A DNA stretch of 64,000 nucleotides from Eledone cirrhosa. Lineage: Eukaryota. Below are positions 12,845 to 25,279 of the stretch, in pieces. Position numbers and translations under genes: made by a program. Under the pieces are notes generated by a model, which did no database searches, was not told where the DNA came from, and saw nothing but the letters and a program-made list of their open reading frames with translations. The stretch spans positions 343,170,001 through 343,234,000 of the forward strand of contig OZ024740.1 of assembly GCA_964016885.1 (NCBI GenBank). Direction: 5' to 3'. Positions within the stretch are counted from its first letter, which is position 1. Each line of letters opens with the position of its first letter.

Positions 12845-13691
12845 TATATATATATAAAGGGGTGAAGGGTTTTGTCCTTTTCACCATTCTTTGCACAACT
12901 ATCTACTCTTTACATTTTAAGAAGGTCTTGCCTATTTATATATTCCAGATACCGTGATCATCTGTAGCGTATGAATTTTGGAGCTACATCTCTTTCTTCA
13001 AGAATCCAAGTTCAGCTATATTTAGATGGGGATGCGTTGGAATATATACTGTCGCTCCATTAATGATAGGTGTAAAGCTGAAAGTGTATTTTGGCTACTG
13101 GATTTACAGTCTTCCAACAATGGTTCATAGCTGTTTTCTTTCTTCTCCATGACATGAAGTGAGGAGCTGAGTCCTATAGCAGAGGATGTTTTTTTTATTT
13201 TCTCTTCCCAAACATCAATTTTAGGCAAATTCAGTAATAATGTAGCTGCTGTTATTATCCTTAGGCCCTGCATACCCATTCATGTTGAAGTTCCCAGTAA
13301 CATTGAGCAGTTTCCGAGTTCTTATACCCACCTCGTAACTTCAGGTCGTCTATAAAGAAAAGGTGAGAGAAATTTCTAGATTCAGGTTTATACATTTCTC
13401 TAAATTCTATCATTTATATGAGCAGGCATGATAGGAGGAAAGAGAGCAGTACTGACAAGTTATCAACCTGCAAGCTACCTTTTTAACCGTATATGATGTT
13501 AGATTTTAACGATTTGTTATCACCTCTGAGAAATAAAGTGGTTTATCTCTCGGTCTCTCTCTCCCTCTACCTCTCTCTGTATGTGTGTTATATATGCATG
13601 TATGTAACTATGTTTACGGTTCTTATATATTTGATATATATTTACCCTTATCGAGCCCTCTTTGGATTTTAGTCTTCAAATTTATTATTAT

Positions 13692-13740
<49 letters not shown>

Positions 13741-13794
13741 AATATGATAATAATGGAGCTGCGGCGCTGCAAATGGGTTACATATGAAAAAGTT

Positions 13795-13897
13795 TGTCCT
13801 CATCAGTGGCCTTCCAACCGTCGTAGGCATTTCGTCGCATTAAAGGCCATATACCTCAGGTTGGTGCGAGCAACGGCTAAAAAAAGTCGTTGGGACA
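13795..13897 (-). ncRNA. Non-circularly permuted (pseudoknotted) hammerhead ribozyme candidate, copy 1
   Basis: Minus strand: aggta-TA-tggcctt...c-GAAA-tgcct...aaggcca-CTGATGA-g. Predicted cleavage between 13850 and 13849. Confidence 0.7.
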
Positions 13898-14184
13898 CGT
13901 AAATAAGGGGGACGCTAGGGTAAACAAACAAAATTCCCATATTTATATATATATATATATATATAGAGAATAAGGAAAAGCGAAGTAGTTTCAGATGTTC
14001 AAGTCCTTTAATAATAATTGTTTCTACTTTAGGCACAAGGCCAGCAATTACCCAAAAGTCCTTTAATAATAATGCTGTGATATATATTTCAATGACGACA
14101 CTGGCCACACTGTTCTGTGTGCGAGTGTCGTGTCATCATCAGGCAGCTTGTTACATAATAAGGTTTGTTTCCGAGGCAATCCAA

Positions 14185-14500
14185 AAAAAGGAATTCCAAC
14201 TTTGTCTGATTGACTCGTTTTATTAACGATCCTTTAAAATTTATAATGGTATTAAAATGAAATAGTATGGTAGAATATTAAATGTTAAGTGTTAATTGAA
14301 CTAGTACTTTCATGCTTTCGCAATATTCAGGTTCATAATGTGTGGTGACAGTCAAGTTTGCAATTTTCAACTGTGACAGTTGAAAATTGACACTTAACAT
14401 TTAATATTCTATCATACTATTTCATTCTAATACCATTATAAATTTTAAAGGATTGTAAATAAAATGAGTAAATCAGACAAAGTTGGAATTCCTTTTATTA
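14185..14500. repeat. Fold-back Penelope-like cassette (~110-bp arms) with minimal hammerhead at 14297-14335 (-)
   Basis: Arms ~14185-14297 and ~14385-14497. Minus strand tgaac-CTGAATA-ttgc-gaaa-gcat-GAAA-gtac-TA-gttca. Apex hairpin caattttcaactgt-g-acagttgaaaattg. Confidence 0.8.
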
Positions 14501-15316
14501 ATATAATCTTCTATACACAATCATACACACCCGTGTATATTTATCTATCTATCTATATATATATATATATATGGGGATGGGTTGCTGTGTGTCTGTGTAT
14601 GTATGTATGTATGTATGTATGTATGTATGTATGTATGTATGTATGTATGTATGTATGTATGTATGTATGTATGTACGCATGTATGTATGTTTATATATAT
14701 ATTTACAAATGTGTCTATGTGTACATCTGTAAGTGTGTGTGTATAGTTATACCAATGCATCTATGTATGCGAGTGCGCGTATGCGTGTCTGTGTATGCTT
14801 GCTCTCGCCCACATATATGCGGGCACATCAGTGTGTTTATAGGTTTGTGGTTGTGAAGTACTCAACGTATGTTCTATGCATTTTTCTCTGTGTTTGTATT
14901 TGTGACAGAGCCTGTTTATTTGTATATGTGGAAGTGGGTGCGTTGATGGAATGTGGGAGTAACGGGAGAATGGTGAGAGTGGGTAGGTGCAGTGTCCGGA
15001 GGTATGGTGTAGGATATGTAGTGGGTAAGGGGAGTAATATTTATTGCCGCTTCGTTGCACAGTTATTTTGCATTATTTCACGCTCCACATAATTAGCAAG
15101 ACATGTATTTTAATGTGTGAACATTTCTCCTCCTCTCTCTTTTCTCTCTCTCTTTCTCTCTCCCCCTCCCTCTCTCATTGTGCCCTTTCTCTTCTCTCTG
15201 TCTTTCTTTATTTATGTGTGTTTGTGTTCGTGTGTGGTTGTGTTTATGTGTTTCTGTATGTATGTATGTATGCGTTTATGTGTTTATGTATGTATGTATG
15301 CATGCATGGATGCATG

Positions 15317-15393
<77 letters not shown>

Positions 15394-15799
15394 ATGTATA
15401 TATATGTATGCATATATGTATATATATATATATATATACGCATGTATATATATAAGCATGTATATAAGTGTGTATGTATACGTGCGTGTGTATTTATGCG
15501 TATTTGTGTGCGAATATTTATGTCCTTGTATGGTTGTATTTATGTATGTGCATTTATGTGTGTGAGAAAGATAAAGTACATGACAAAGAGAGTGAAAGAG
15601 AGAGAGAAAGAGAGGGAGGGGAAGAGCATTAACATTGGAAAGAGTGACAGTGAGAGAGGGAAAGAGAGCGAGGGGAAAAGTGACTGAATGAGACAGACAT
15701 ACTGAGAGAGTGGGTGATACTGAAAGAGAGAGAGAGAGAGAGAGAGGAGAACGACAGACAGTCAGACAGACAGATAGACATATAGCGTATATGTAGCGC

Positions 15800-15831
<32 letters not shown>

Positions 15832-15988
15832 TGGTATGTGTGTGTGGTATGTGTGTGTGTATGTGTGTGTGTATGTGTGTGTGTGTGTGTGTGTGTGTAT
15901 GTGGTATGTGTGTGTGTGTGTGTGTGTATGTGTGTGTGTGCATGTGGTATGTGTGTGTGTATGTGGTGCGTGTGTGTGTATATGTATC

Positions 15989-16019
<31 letters not shown>

Positions 16020-17689
16020 GTGTGTGCATGTGGTATGTGTGCGTGTATGTGTGTGTATGTGGTACGTGTGTGTATGTATGTGTGCGTGTGTATGTATGTG
16101 TGTGAGTGGTACGTGTGTGTATGTGTGTATGTGTGTATATGTGTGTATGTATGTATGTGTGTGTGTATGTGGTATATGTTTGTGTATGTGTGTGTATGTG
16201 GTACGTGTGTGTATGTGTGTGGTACTTGTGTGTGTGTATGTGTGTGTGTATGTATGTGTGTGTATGTGGTACGTGTGTGTATGTGGTACGTGTGTATATG
16301 TGTGTATGTATGTGTGTGTATGTGTGTATGTGTATGTGTGTATGTGTGTATGTGTGTATGTGTATGTATGTATGTGTGTGTGTGTGTGTGACGGGATTGT
16401 TTGTGCGTATTTTATTGTGTTTACATAAGTTTGCTGCCTTAGCTTTGTCGACCGTTTAAGAAGTTCGCTTTGCAATCATAAGGTTCTAAGTTTGGTCCAA
16501 CTACATTGTATCTTGGGCAAGTGCCATTTAATACATTTCCTGGTCAATCCGAGCTTTATTCAGTGAAGTTGGGTAGACGTAAACTGTGTGGAAGCCTGTC
16601 GAATGTTTTGTAAGTATAATTTAAAATGTTAGCATTGTCAATCCAAGCATCACGACTTTTGTCATGTTTAACCATATCGCATGTCCAAGGTGTTGCTTTT
16701 CTAATTTACAATATGGCTTGGAAACGTGGGTGCTTTCCTCACATGAACCTACATCTTCCATCAGCATCATCTAGAATTCAGGGTCTTGACTGTCTTTGGT
16801 TCACATTCCAATTAGTTTATAGCATTCTGTATTTGAGTGATGATATTTGGCTTATATTTTGCTACTAATAAAGCTTCCGTCGTTACGGTACTTTCTCGTC
16901 AGTTGATCATGCGTTTATAATAAAGAGCACTCGCAGCACATTATAATACAGTATTTGCAACAAAATTAGATGGATTGATAATGCTACAACTCTATACAAA
17001 ATCTCACATAAAACAAGAAGAGTAATATTATACTTTATGTGAAATGGGCCTATATAGAATTTCAGGTTAATGTATAGGCTAGAGGTTAAGATACCAAGAA
17101 ATAAGACATACAAGAACAGGTATTGCTTTTCATTGACAGTTGATAAGAAGTTCAAAGAAGTTCATTCTATTAATTGCACAAACACACACACACAAAATAA
17201 CAAAAATAACAAACAAACAAACAAAACAAAAACAAAGCATGTACACTCAAAAATGAAGAAAAAAACATCTAATGAGAATAGAAGCCAAATTTTCCCTATC
17301 ATCTTAAAAGAAGGGCACACTGCCCAATCCTGTCCGTCATATACAAAAAGACGGGATGGCCAGCTAAGATGCTTTATATCAGAGATGACCTGCATTTGAA
17401 AGCATCAGGTTTTCGGGAAAGAGTCTCTATATGATTGCTTGATATCAGTTTAAAATATATTTTTAAGAATTCCGCAACAGTTTTTCTTGGGCAATCCATG
17501 GTTTGCTCTGGTCTAGTAGAACTCAATGTCATTTCTGGACGAGCATATTCTAAAGAGTTGTCCAAGCATAGGTCAAACTTAAATCTGACTGAGTATAGCC
17601 CAAGTTTTAATCCGAGTACAGTCAAAGGCCATTTTGACTATGTCTAGCTCAAGGCCAGCTCTGGCCGGGAATATCAATTGGTTCATAAG

Positions 17690-17808
<119 letters not shown>

Positions 17809-18373
17809 TGCGTGCACATTGTTGTTATTGTAAATCCAGACGGAGCAGACATATGATCAAAACCATTTGAACTACAACTATGTTGTCCCTTTTGTAAACA
17901 TTGTGGATATATGACTAATGTGTCCTTAGAGAGTGATATGAGAGAGATTTAGTTGCTATTTTTAGCAGGTTACTCAACCATGTAAAATCTCGTTCAGTGA
18001 CTCATGTATGTATTTATTTGTGTATGTTTGTTTGTCTATCTATGTCGAAGAGATTGTGTCAAGTCGATAAAGAAGAAATCAGTTTCTCCTTCAAACTTCC
18101 GTCAAAAATACGTAAAACTGCGCTTTACAGTGTATTATAGAAGTAGTATAATGTACTGAAGTGTGTCCTGGCTCGATATCTGTGTAATGTATTGCAATGT
18201 GATGACTGCAATATCTAACGATATGCATTGATGGCGGTGTTGCTGTTCTGTTCTTCTTGGTGATGGTTGTTGTTAGAATCAAGGTTAAACGTTAGAAAAA
18301 TAATACGTAAAAAGCAAGAGGCAACAAAAATGAATGACAAAAAAAAAAGGTAAAATAAAAGAATCCCCACTCT

Positions 18374-18459
18374 CTACAAAAAACAAAAATCTACTAAAAC
18401 TCGCATTTGGTTGAGTTTCATAATTGATGGAAGGCCAACTTCTCTCATGTTGATGTAGG
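18374..18459 (-). CDS. Candidate coding exon, (P)YINMREVGLPSIMKLNQMRVL..., product unknown
   Basis: Acceptor tttgcatttttcacctgcAG; phase-compatible with the 18711-18765 candidate; 3' boundary uncertain. Confidence 0.3.
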
Positions 18460-18710
18460 CTGCAGGTGAAAAATGCAAACGAAATATGTATAACGACAGC
18501 TGGTAATATTTGGTTGGTTGCACTAAACAAACAAATAAACAATCCACAAAAAATAAAAAAATATCATAAACAGCGAATAAAGAATAAAGAAAACTAAAAA
18601 AAAACAAACCTGAACAACAACAATACTACTAACAACCCCCCCCCCCCCTCCATTTCCCACACACACATTGAAAAAAAGAACTCAACGAAAAAAAAATGGC
18701 GCTGACTGAC

Positions 18711-18765
18711 GTTGATCATTGCAATACTGGTCGTCTGCTTCAATCAATTGGTTGACGCGGAAACT
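18711..18765 (-). CDS. Candidate 55-nt coding exon SFRVNQLIEADDQYCNDQ, product unknown
   Basis: Acceptor tttctcttAG, donor AAC|GTCAGT, only one open frame, non-repetitive sequence. Confidence 0.35.
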
Positions 18766-18888
18766 CTAAGAGAAACTCAACATATCCGAGCAGGTGCGGT
18801 GGTGGAAATTTTATCGGATGGTTGGGTTTGTTTGATCGACCTTGCAAATCAGCTCGCCTTCCAGACACTCAGTCAACTTTCTATTCTA

Positions 18889-18938
<50 letters not shown>

Positions 18939-19416
18939 TTATCTATCTACCTTTGCATGTATGTATGCATGCATGCTTGTATGTGAAACGTTCATGTGTA
19001 TGTATGTATGCTTATATATGTATGTACGTAGTACGTATGTGTGTACGTACGTATGTATGTATGTATGTATGTATGTATGTATGTATGTATGTATGTATGT
19101 ATGTATGTATGTATATATATATATATATGTATGTATATATAAATGTATGCATGTATGTATATAAATGTATGTATGTATGCATGTATGTGTGTATATATGT
19201 GTTTATGTATGTATGTATGTATTCATGTATTCATGTATTCCGCTATCCATCCAACTTTACATCTATGAATTAATCCAGTCAATCATACATCTAACGAATC
19301 AGTTCATAACCCATCTAACCATCCATCCATCCATCCATCTAGCCAGCCGTTTGACAGTTGTACTTGCTGCGAAGGTCATTTCCTTCTTTAGCGACTGTAG
19401 ACTATACTACCCCTGT

Positions 19417-19945
19417 CCACCACCTCCACCACCACCACCACCACCACGGCCGCCGCTGCCTCCTCTACCACCAAGACCACCACAATCACTACCACCACCA
19501 CTACCACCACCACCACCACTACCACCACCGCCGCCACCACTACCACCAGGCCCACCACCATCACTACCACCACCAAGACCACCACCACCACCACCAACAC
19601 CACCAACACCGACGAAGCCGCTGCACCACCACCACCACCACCGCCACTGCCACCACCACCACCACCACTGCCACTGCCACCACCACTGCCACTGTTGCCG
19701 CCACCACCGCCACCACCAACACCACCACCATCACCACCAAGACCGCCACCATCACCACCGCCACCACCAACACCATCACCATCACCACCAAGACCGCCAC
19801 CATCACCACCGCCACCACCAACACCACCACCATCACCACCAAGACCGCCACCATCACCACCGCCACCACCAACACCACCACCATCACCACCAAGACCGCC
19901 ACCATCACCACCGCCACCACCAAGACCACCACCACCATCATCACT
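19417..19945. repeat. (ACC)n-derived array with a 51-bp higher-order unit (~4.5 copies, ~19700-19930)
   Basis: 17-codon periodicity is visible in all three translated frames. Confidence 0.9.
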
Positions 19946-20239
19946 AATACCGCCGCCGCTGCCGCCTCCAGCTTCTCCTACTGCATCTCATTCGTCACCT
20001 TCCCCATTTCATTTTTTTTTTCCGTATATCCTTCTTACAAGAACAATAAACATGCACACACACGTATATAATGCATACATCTGCATGCAAACATATATAT
20101 ATACACTTCAAATATATACATACGTTTACCAACGTGTATATAAAGCCAGAAATGCACTTACATGTACGGGCATACAAATAAATGTATGCATAAATATACA
20201 TTAATATCCATAAATAAAATAAAGTAAATGAAGCTACAA

Positions 20240-20381
20240 GGGGGCGGTGGATTGGCCGAGTCGTTAGAATGGCGAATAACATGATTTGCAGTAATCGTTT
20301 CAGCTCTATACGCTCCAAGTTCAAATCCTGCCGAGGTCAACTTTGCCTTTGAACGTTTAGAGATCGATAAAAATGTACCAG
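20240..20381 (+). mobile_element. SINE family A, diverged, 3'-truncated
   Basis: gggcggtggattggc head, B-box agttcaaatcc, gaggtcaactttgccttt. Confidence 0.8.
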
Positions 20382-20383
20382 CC

Positions 20384-20473
<90 letters not shown>

Positions 20474-20753
20474 ATAAATTAACGGAGCCATAGACTCTCG
20501 CTACTCCCTGTCAATAATGTGCTCAAAGGAGAAGGAATCCTGAGCTCTTTAAAATACAATTTGTTGAAAAGGTAACACACTAGAGGGAGATAGTGCGCCA
20601 TCAATAAAACAGGGAAAAACCACCAGTGTATGGAATCTATAACCTATGAAAGGCAGGGTAGACACACGATAATTAAAAATATAAATTAAAATGTATATAC
20701 ATACCTCTATAACTATATAACACACACGTACAAAAAAGAGATCTGTTTCGCCA

Positions 20754-20784
<31 letters not shown>

Positions 20785-20793
<9 letters not shown>

Positions 20794-20939
20794 AATGGCT
20801 TCTACAGGACTAGAGCTGTTTCATTCGGAAGAAATCAATGAAAGAGCTCTAGTCCTGTAGAAGCCATTTCTATATTAAATATTTATACCCTGCTATGTAT
20901 TGAGTACATTACTTACTGTGGTTACCCCCGATTGAACCC

Positions 20940-20942
<3 letters not shown>
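20785..20942 (+). mobile_element. Penelope-like 3' end with ~40-bp inverted duplication breaking inside the hammerhead core
   Basis: Arms 20785-20825 / 20837-20877. Minus strand TGA-tttc-ttcc-gaat-GAAA-cag..ctg-TA. Same family as 48049-48202. Confidence 0.8.
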
Positions 20943-20983
<41 letters not shown>

Positions 20984-21179
20984 AATATTTTCGAAACACC
21001 GAGTGGGTTTGAAATTATTAGAAATGTAAGCTATCGCCGTATTTTGACTAAAGAAATTAAAGAAATTATTTAGCCTGATAGTGGGGTTAAGAACCCTCGG
21101 AGAAATGGAAAAAGATGAGTATTGACGTACACATATATATATATAATGAAAATAAAAAGTTACGGGCGAAAGAGGGTAA

Positions 21180-21281
21180 TATCCATCGTCAGTTGTCTGC
21201 TAGGAATCATAGGTATTTCTTCGCGTTAGAGACAATATACCTCAGCCTAGTGAGCAATAACTAAAATAAGTTATTGGGATA
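21180..21281 (-). ncRNA. Non-circularly permuted hammerhead candidate, copy 2
   Basis: aggta-TA-ttgtct...a-GAAA-tacct...agacaa-CTGACGA-t. Predicted cleavage 21236/21235. Confidence 0.7.
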
Positions 21282-21756
21282 AAATAAAGGAGGGGGGGGA
21301 CTGTAAACAGACACGAAAAGTGAAGCAACGTAAAGAGAGGAAAAATATCAAGTCAATAACCTTTTTTCGGACATAAGTCCTGGCAAGTGTGACGAGAGAA
21401 CAGACACATCTTCACTGAAGCAGTGTGAGCGAGAAAAGAGACTGCTTGCAGTGGCGGACGAGGGGGGAAGAGAGTTATCAGAGAGAAGGTAACTAGCAGA
21501 GGGGGAGTGAGTGAAAGTTAGATGAAGCGAGAAAGAGATAGTTATAGTGGCAGGCTAGCAGAGAGAAGGTGACTAGCAGAGGGAGTGAGCGAAAGTAAGA
21601 GGGAGAAAGAGAGAGAAGGAGGAGAGAGATGATAGCAACAAGGGAAGAGAAAAGACGGGTCACAGCGGATATGGAAAATTATATGAATAAAATGGCGGGC
21701 TGTGTGGTTCAATTTAAGTAAAATGAAAATAAAAAGTTACGGACGAAAGAGGGTAA

Positions 21757-21860
21757 TATCCATCGTCAGTTGTCTGCTGGGAATCATAGGTATTTCTTCG
21801 CGTTAGAGACAATATACCTTAACCTAGGGTGAGCAATAACTAAAATAAGTTATTGGGATA
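21757..21860 (-). ncRNA. Non-circularly permuted hammerhead candidate, copy 3
   Basis: Same core and stems as copy 2. Predicted cleavage 21813/21812. Confidence 0.7.
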
Positions 21861-21877
21861 AAAAAAGGGGGGAGAGA

Positions 21878-21945
<68 letters not shown>

Positions 21946-22223
21946 ATGTATCTCATCCTTCTTCTCTCTCTCTTTCTCTGGATCTATGTTCGTTTAGATG
22001 ATGAGTGCTCCAGTTGTTCAGTCGACTGAGCCACCTATACTTTGAATCTGTTTTTATTTTCATACTTTAGGCAGCGAGGGTCTTCGAGATGATTAGAGGG
22101 AGAGAGAAAACATACTCAAACTGAAAATCTTGCCCGAATGCTTACAACCGAGTGGTATTCGCTAAAAGTCTATCGCACAAACATGCCTGGACTGGTATAT
22201 TATTTTATTGACCACGAAATAAT

Positions 22224-22443
22224 GATTTCTACTATAGGTACAAGGCCAGTATTTTTTTTTTGGGGGGGGGGGGAGTCTATTGTATCGACTACAGAGCATT
22301 ACTGGTGCTTCTTTTATCGACCTTGTAAGGATGAAAGGAAAAGCTAACCTCGGTGGGATTTGAACTCAGAACGTAAAGAGCCATAACTCTATGTCGTAAA
22401 GCATGGTGTCTGACGCTCTACCGATACTGCCAATCCACCGCCC
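22224..22443 (-). mobile_element. SINE family A, full length, long variant
   Basis: Ends ...ccgatactgccaatccaccgccc; B-box complement ggatttgaactc. Confidence 0.85.
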
Positions 22444-23124
22444 TGAAAGGCAATGTGGATCTCGTCGGGATTCTGATTCATGACGAAGAGAACTAGAACA
22501 AATACCGCTGGGCATTTTATCTTATGCTCTAAACACTGCTAATTCGCCACCGTAATTATTGTGTAAATTGGCTTTGGTACCTCCGTACGTAACCCTCAAG
22601 CAGAATCAGTTTGACACATTGTGTGACAAGGCTTCACAGTTACAATATATCCAACGGGTTTCCACTTACGGAATTTACCCCACATATGAACTAACTCGAG
22701 ACACTTGCTCGAGATTCCACGAAGTGGATCGAATTTGGACGTCATGGTAAAGAAGCGAATCCAGTTAACCAATCGGCCATGCCTACATCAACTTATATGC
22801 ATGCCTACATACATACATACATACATGCAGCATACACATACACCTGATTACACACATGCAAATACGCATATACAAATTCAAAGTAATGCTGACGGTTCTT
22901 TTCGACTGCCGAGACGTTGTAGGACAAATATTTAGAAAGGCGTACTATCAGGAAGACTTCTGACGTCTTCGTGAAGAGGTTTGCTGGAAAGACCGGATCT
23001 GTGTGACTCGCAAAACTGGAAGTATCATTACGACAACACCAAGCTTATTCGTTTCAGAAGATCTGAATGAGGTTTCTTGAAGAAGAATGTAAAAACTAAA
23101 CAGAAATAACAAAGCAAATGACAA

Positions 23125-23303
23125 ATGTTTCCATTGGTCTTTACAATTGCTAATACTATCTATCGGTCGCAATTCCAGGTAGAAGGAACAACATGAAATT
23201 AAGTGTCTTGCCCAAGGACATAACGCATCGCCTAGTCGGGAAATCGGACTCACAATCTCAAGAATGCCAATTCAATTGTCTAACCACTCTGCCACGCGTC
23301 TTC
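23125..23303 (-). mobile_element. SINE family B (tRNA head plus CORE-like domain)
   Basis: Aligns by eye with 57400-57581; aagtgtcttgcccaaggaca motif. Confidence 0.75.
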
Positions 23304-23552
23304 ACTTACATATATGCATTCATATATACGTACATGAATACAAGCATACATAATATACATAATATACATGCATACAACATACATGCACACATTCATACAT
23401 ACATCAGATGTTTCATAAATACATCTATTTCTTTAGTTGTCATTCTTTCTCTCCACCTTTCTTTATTTGTCTCCCTCTGTTCTATTACTACTTATACCAC
23501 TATTGATGTTACATAACAAAGTTATAAAAAATGAACAACAACAACAACAACA

Positions 23553-23615
<63 letters not shown>

Positions 23616-24067
23616 GCTGATGATAATTATTTTTATTGCTGTACTATTTTTCGTCTTTGTCTTTGCATCACTATATCTCTATTAGAGTTACTCCTAATAC
23701 AACCAAGCATATACATATTTTACACTCACACACGCACACATATGCACACACTCACACACACATGCGTGTCAGTATTTCTCTGGTTCTATATTTATTCATC
23801 GCTGGTTCTCACAGCCTGCTCTCCCCCACTCACTCTTGTAATTTTTTTTTCTTCCAATTTCAACTTAGAGTTACTTTAAATCTCGTCACAGCCACCATCT
23901 TACTGGAAAATTATCATGAACAAAAATCCAAAAAACTAAAATGAAAGAATGGAGGCTGGTATAGCTGTGTGGTTAAGGAGTTCACTTTGTCACCGCGGCG
24001 AGGTTTCAGGTTCAGTCACACTACGTGGCACCTTGGTCAAGTGTCTTTTACGATATCTTTTCTGTGA

Positions 24068-24134
<67 letters not shown>

Positions 24135-24767
24135 AGAAATAAGATTTAGCTTCAAGCATAGCTTTATACAGATATGTTTAGAAATTTCGTATTTCTAAAG
24201 AAACACGGTATATGTGTGTTTCTACATTTTCATATATGCTGTAATTAAGCGGTTCAACAAAAAGAAGTCGATGAAATAGGTATCAAACTTTAAAAAAGAC
24301 AACCAATAAAAAAAAATCCTGGGGTCTAGATACCCAACTAAATCCCTTCAAAATAGGGCCCCAGCATAACTGTTGTCTAATTACTGAAACCAGTAAAAGA
24401 ATATAAAGAAGAAATCAAACAAACAACCAAACCAATATGAAAGAATATAGAAAAATGAAACTATATTCATTAATAAAGGGTTCTGATTAATATTGGAAAG
24501 AAACAGTTGATGACTCGACACCAGTTCATTACTGGGACTAATCATTTCGACATTGGATGGATGAAAGTCACTATGATCCATGATAGGATTTGAACTCAGA
24601 TCATGAGGGTACCCGCTTCCAAAACTGTAATTAGATATATGCAAGGAATTGGGTCATGCCACCGATCGCCTTAATGTTTTCTGATAAAGAGGCAAAGACC
24701 ATAACTTTTGGGCGCCATTGCTATAAGAACAGTCTACTGCTGATTCTGCTATTAGCTATGTTTCTCT

Positions 24768-24908
24768 ATTGCCTACAGCCCTTTCCATTCTGAGTTCAAA
24801 TCCCGCCGAGGTCAACTTTGCCTTTCATCCTTACGGGGTCGATAAAATAAAGTACCAGTAATGTACTGGGTAATTGCCGGCCTTGTGCCAAAAGTAGAAA
24901 CAATTATT
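24768..24908 (+). mobile_element. SINE family A, 5'-truncated
   Basis: ttctgagttcaaatcccgccgaggtcaactttgcc...gtagaaacaatt. Confidence 0.85.
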
Positions 24909-25279
24909 ATATAAAAGAAACAAAGGCGGTGGATTAGCAGAGCGTCGGACAACATGCTTTGTGGTATATAGTTACAGTTCTTTATGTTCTCAGTTAAAAT
25001 CACGCCGATGATAGCTTTACTTTTTTTCTTAACGGAATCAATAAAATAAAGTACATTTAAATACTCTCATCAGTTTTTAAACCACCTGTGGTTTCTACGA
25101 TTTAACTAAAAGTGCCACCACGCAAAATAGACGGCTCGTACAACGGAGAAATACATATCTCAGTTGGTATGATGTTTGTATGAGGAACGAAGGAATTAGA
25201 TAGACAGACAGAGAGGCCAGAGAGAGAGATAACGTGCGTCCACTCGGCCTCAGGTCGCTTTAAGAAAAGGCAACAGCAA

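Larger units (their letters stand above)
21145..21870 (-). mobile_element. TA-flanked non-autonomous retroelement: 577-bp unit with ~145-bp terminal direct repeats, each holding a permuted hammerhead
   Basis: 21145-21290 is nearly identical to 21722-21868; purine-rich (plus strand) non-coding interior. Confidence 0.75.

Noticed and set aside
12900-13351. Minus-strand exon or pogo-like transposase remnant after a good acceptor at ~13352
   Set aside because: Stops occur in all frames near the acceptor, and motif similarity is too weak to call.
19165-20204. Long Pro-, His- and Thr-rich ORFs resembling extensin, His-rich or mucin proteins
   Set aside because: (ACC)n-based repeats lack stops in all frames; the ORF starts lie in microsatellites, with no signal peptide or splice support.
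22890-23095. Minus-strand exon bounded by AG and GTCAGC
   Set aside because: No frame is open across it; it could be non-coding but is unsupported.
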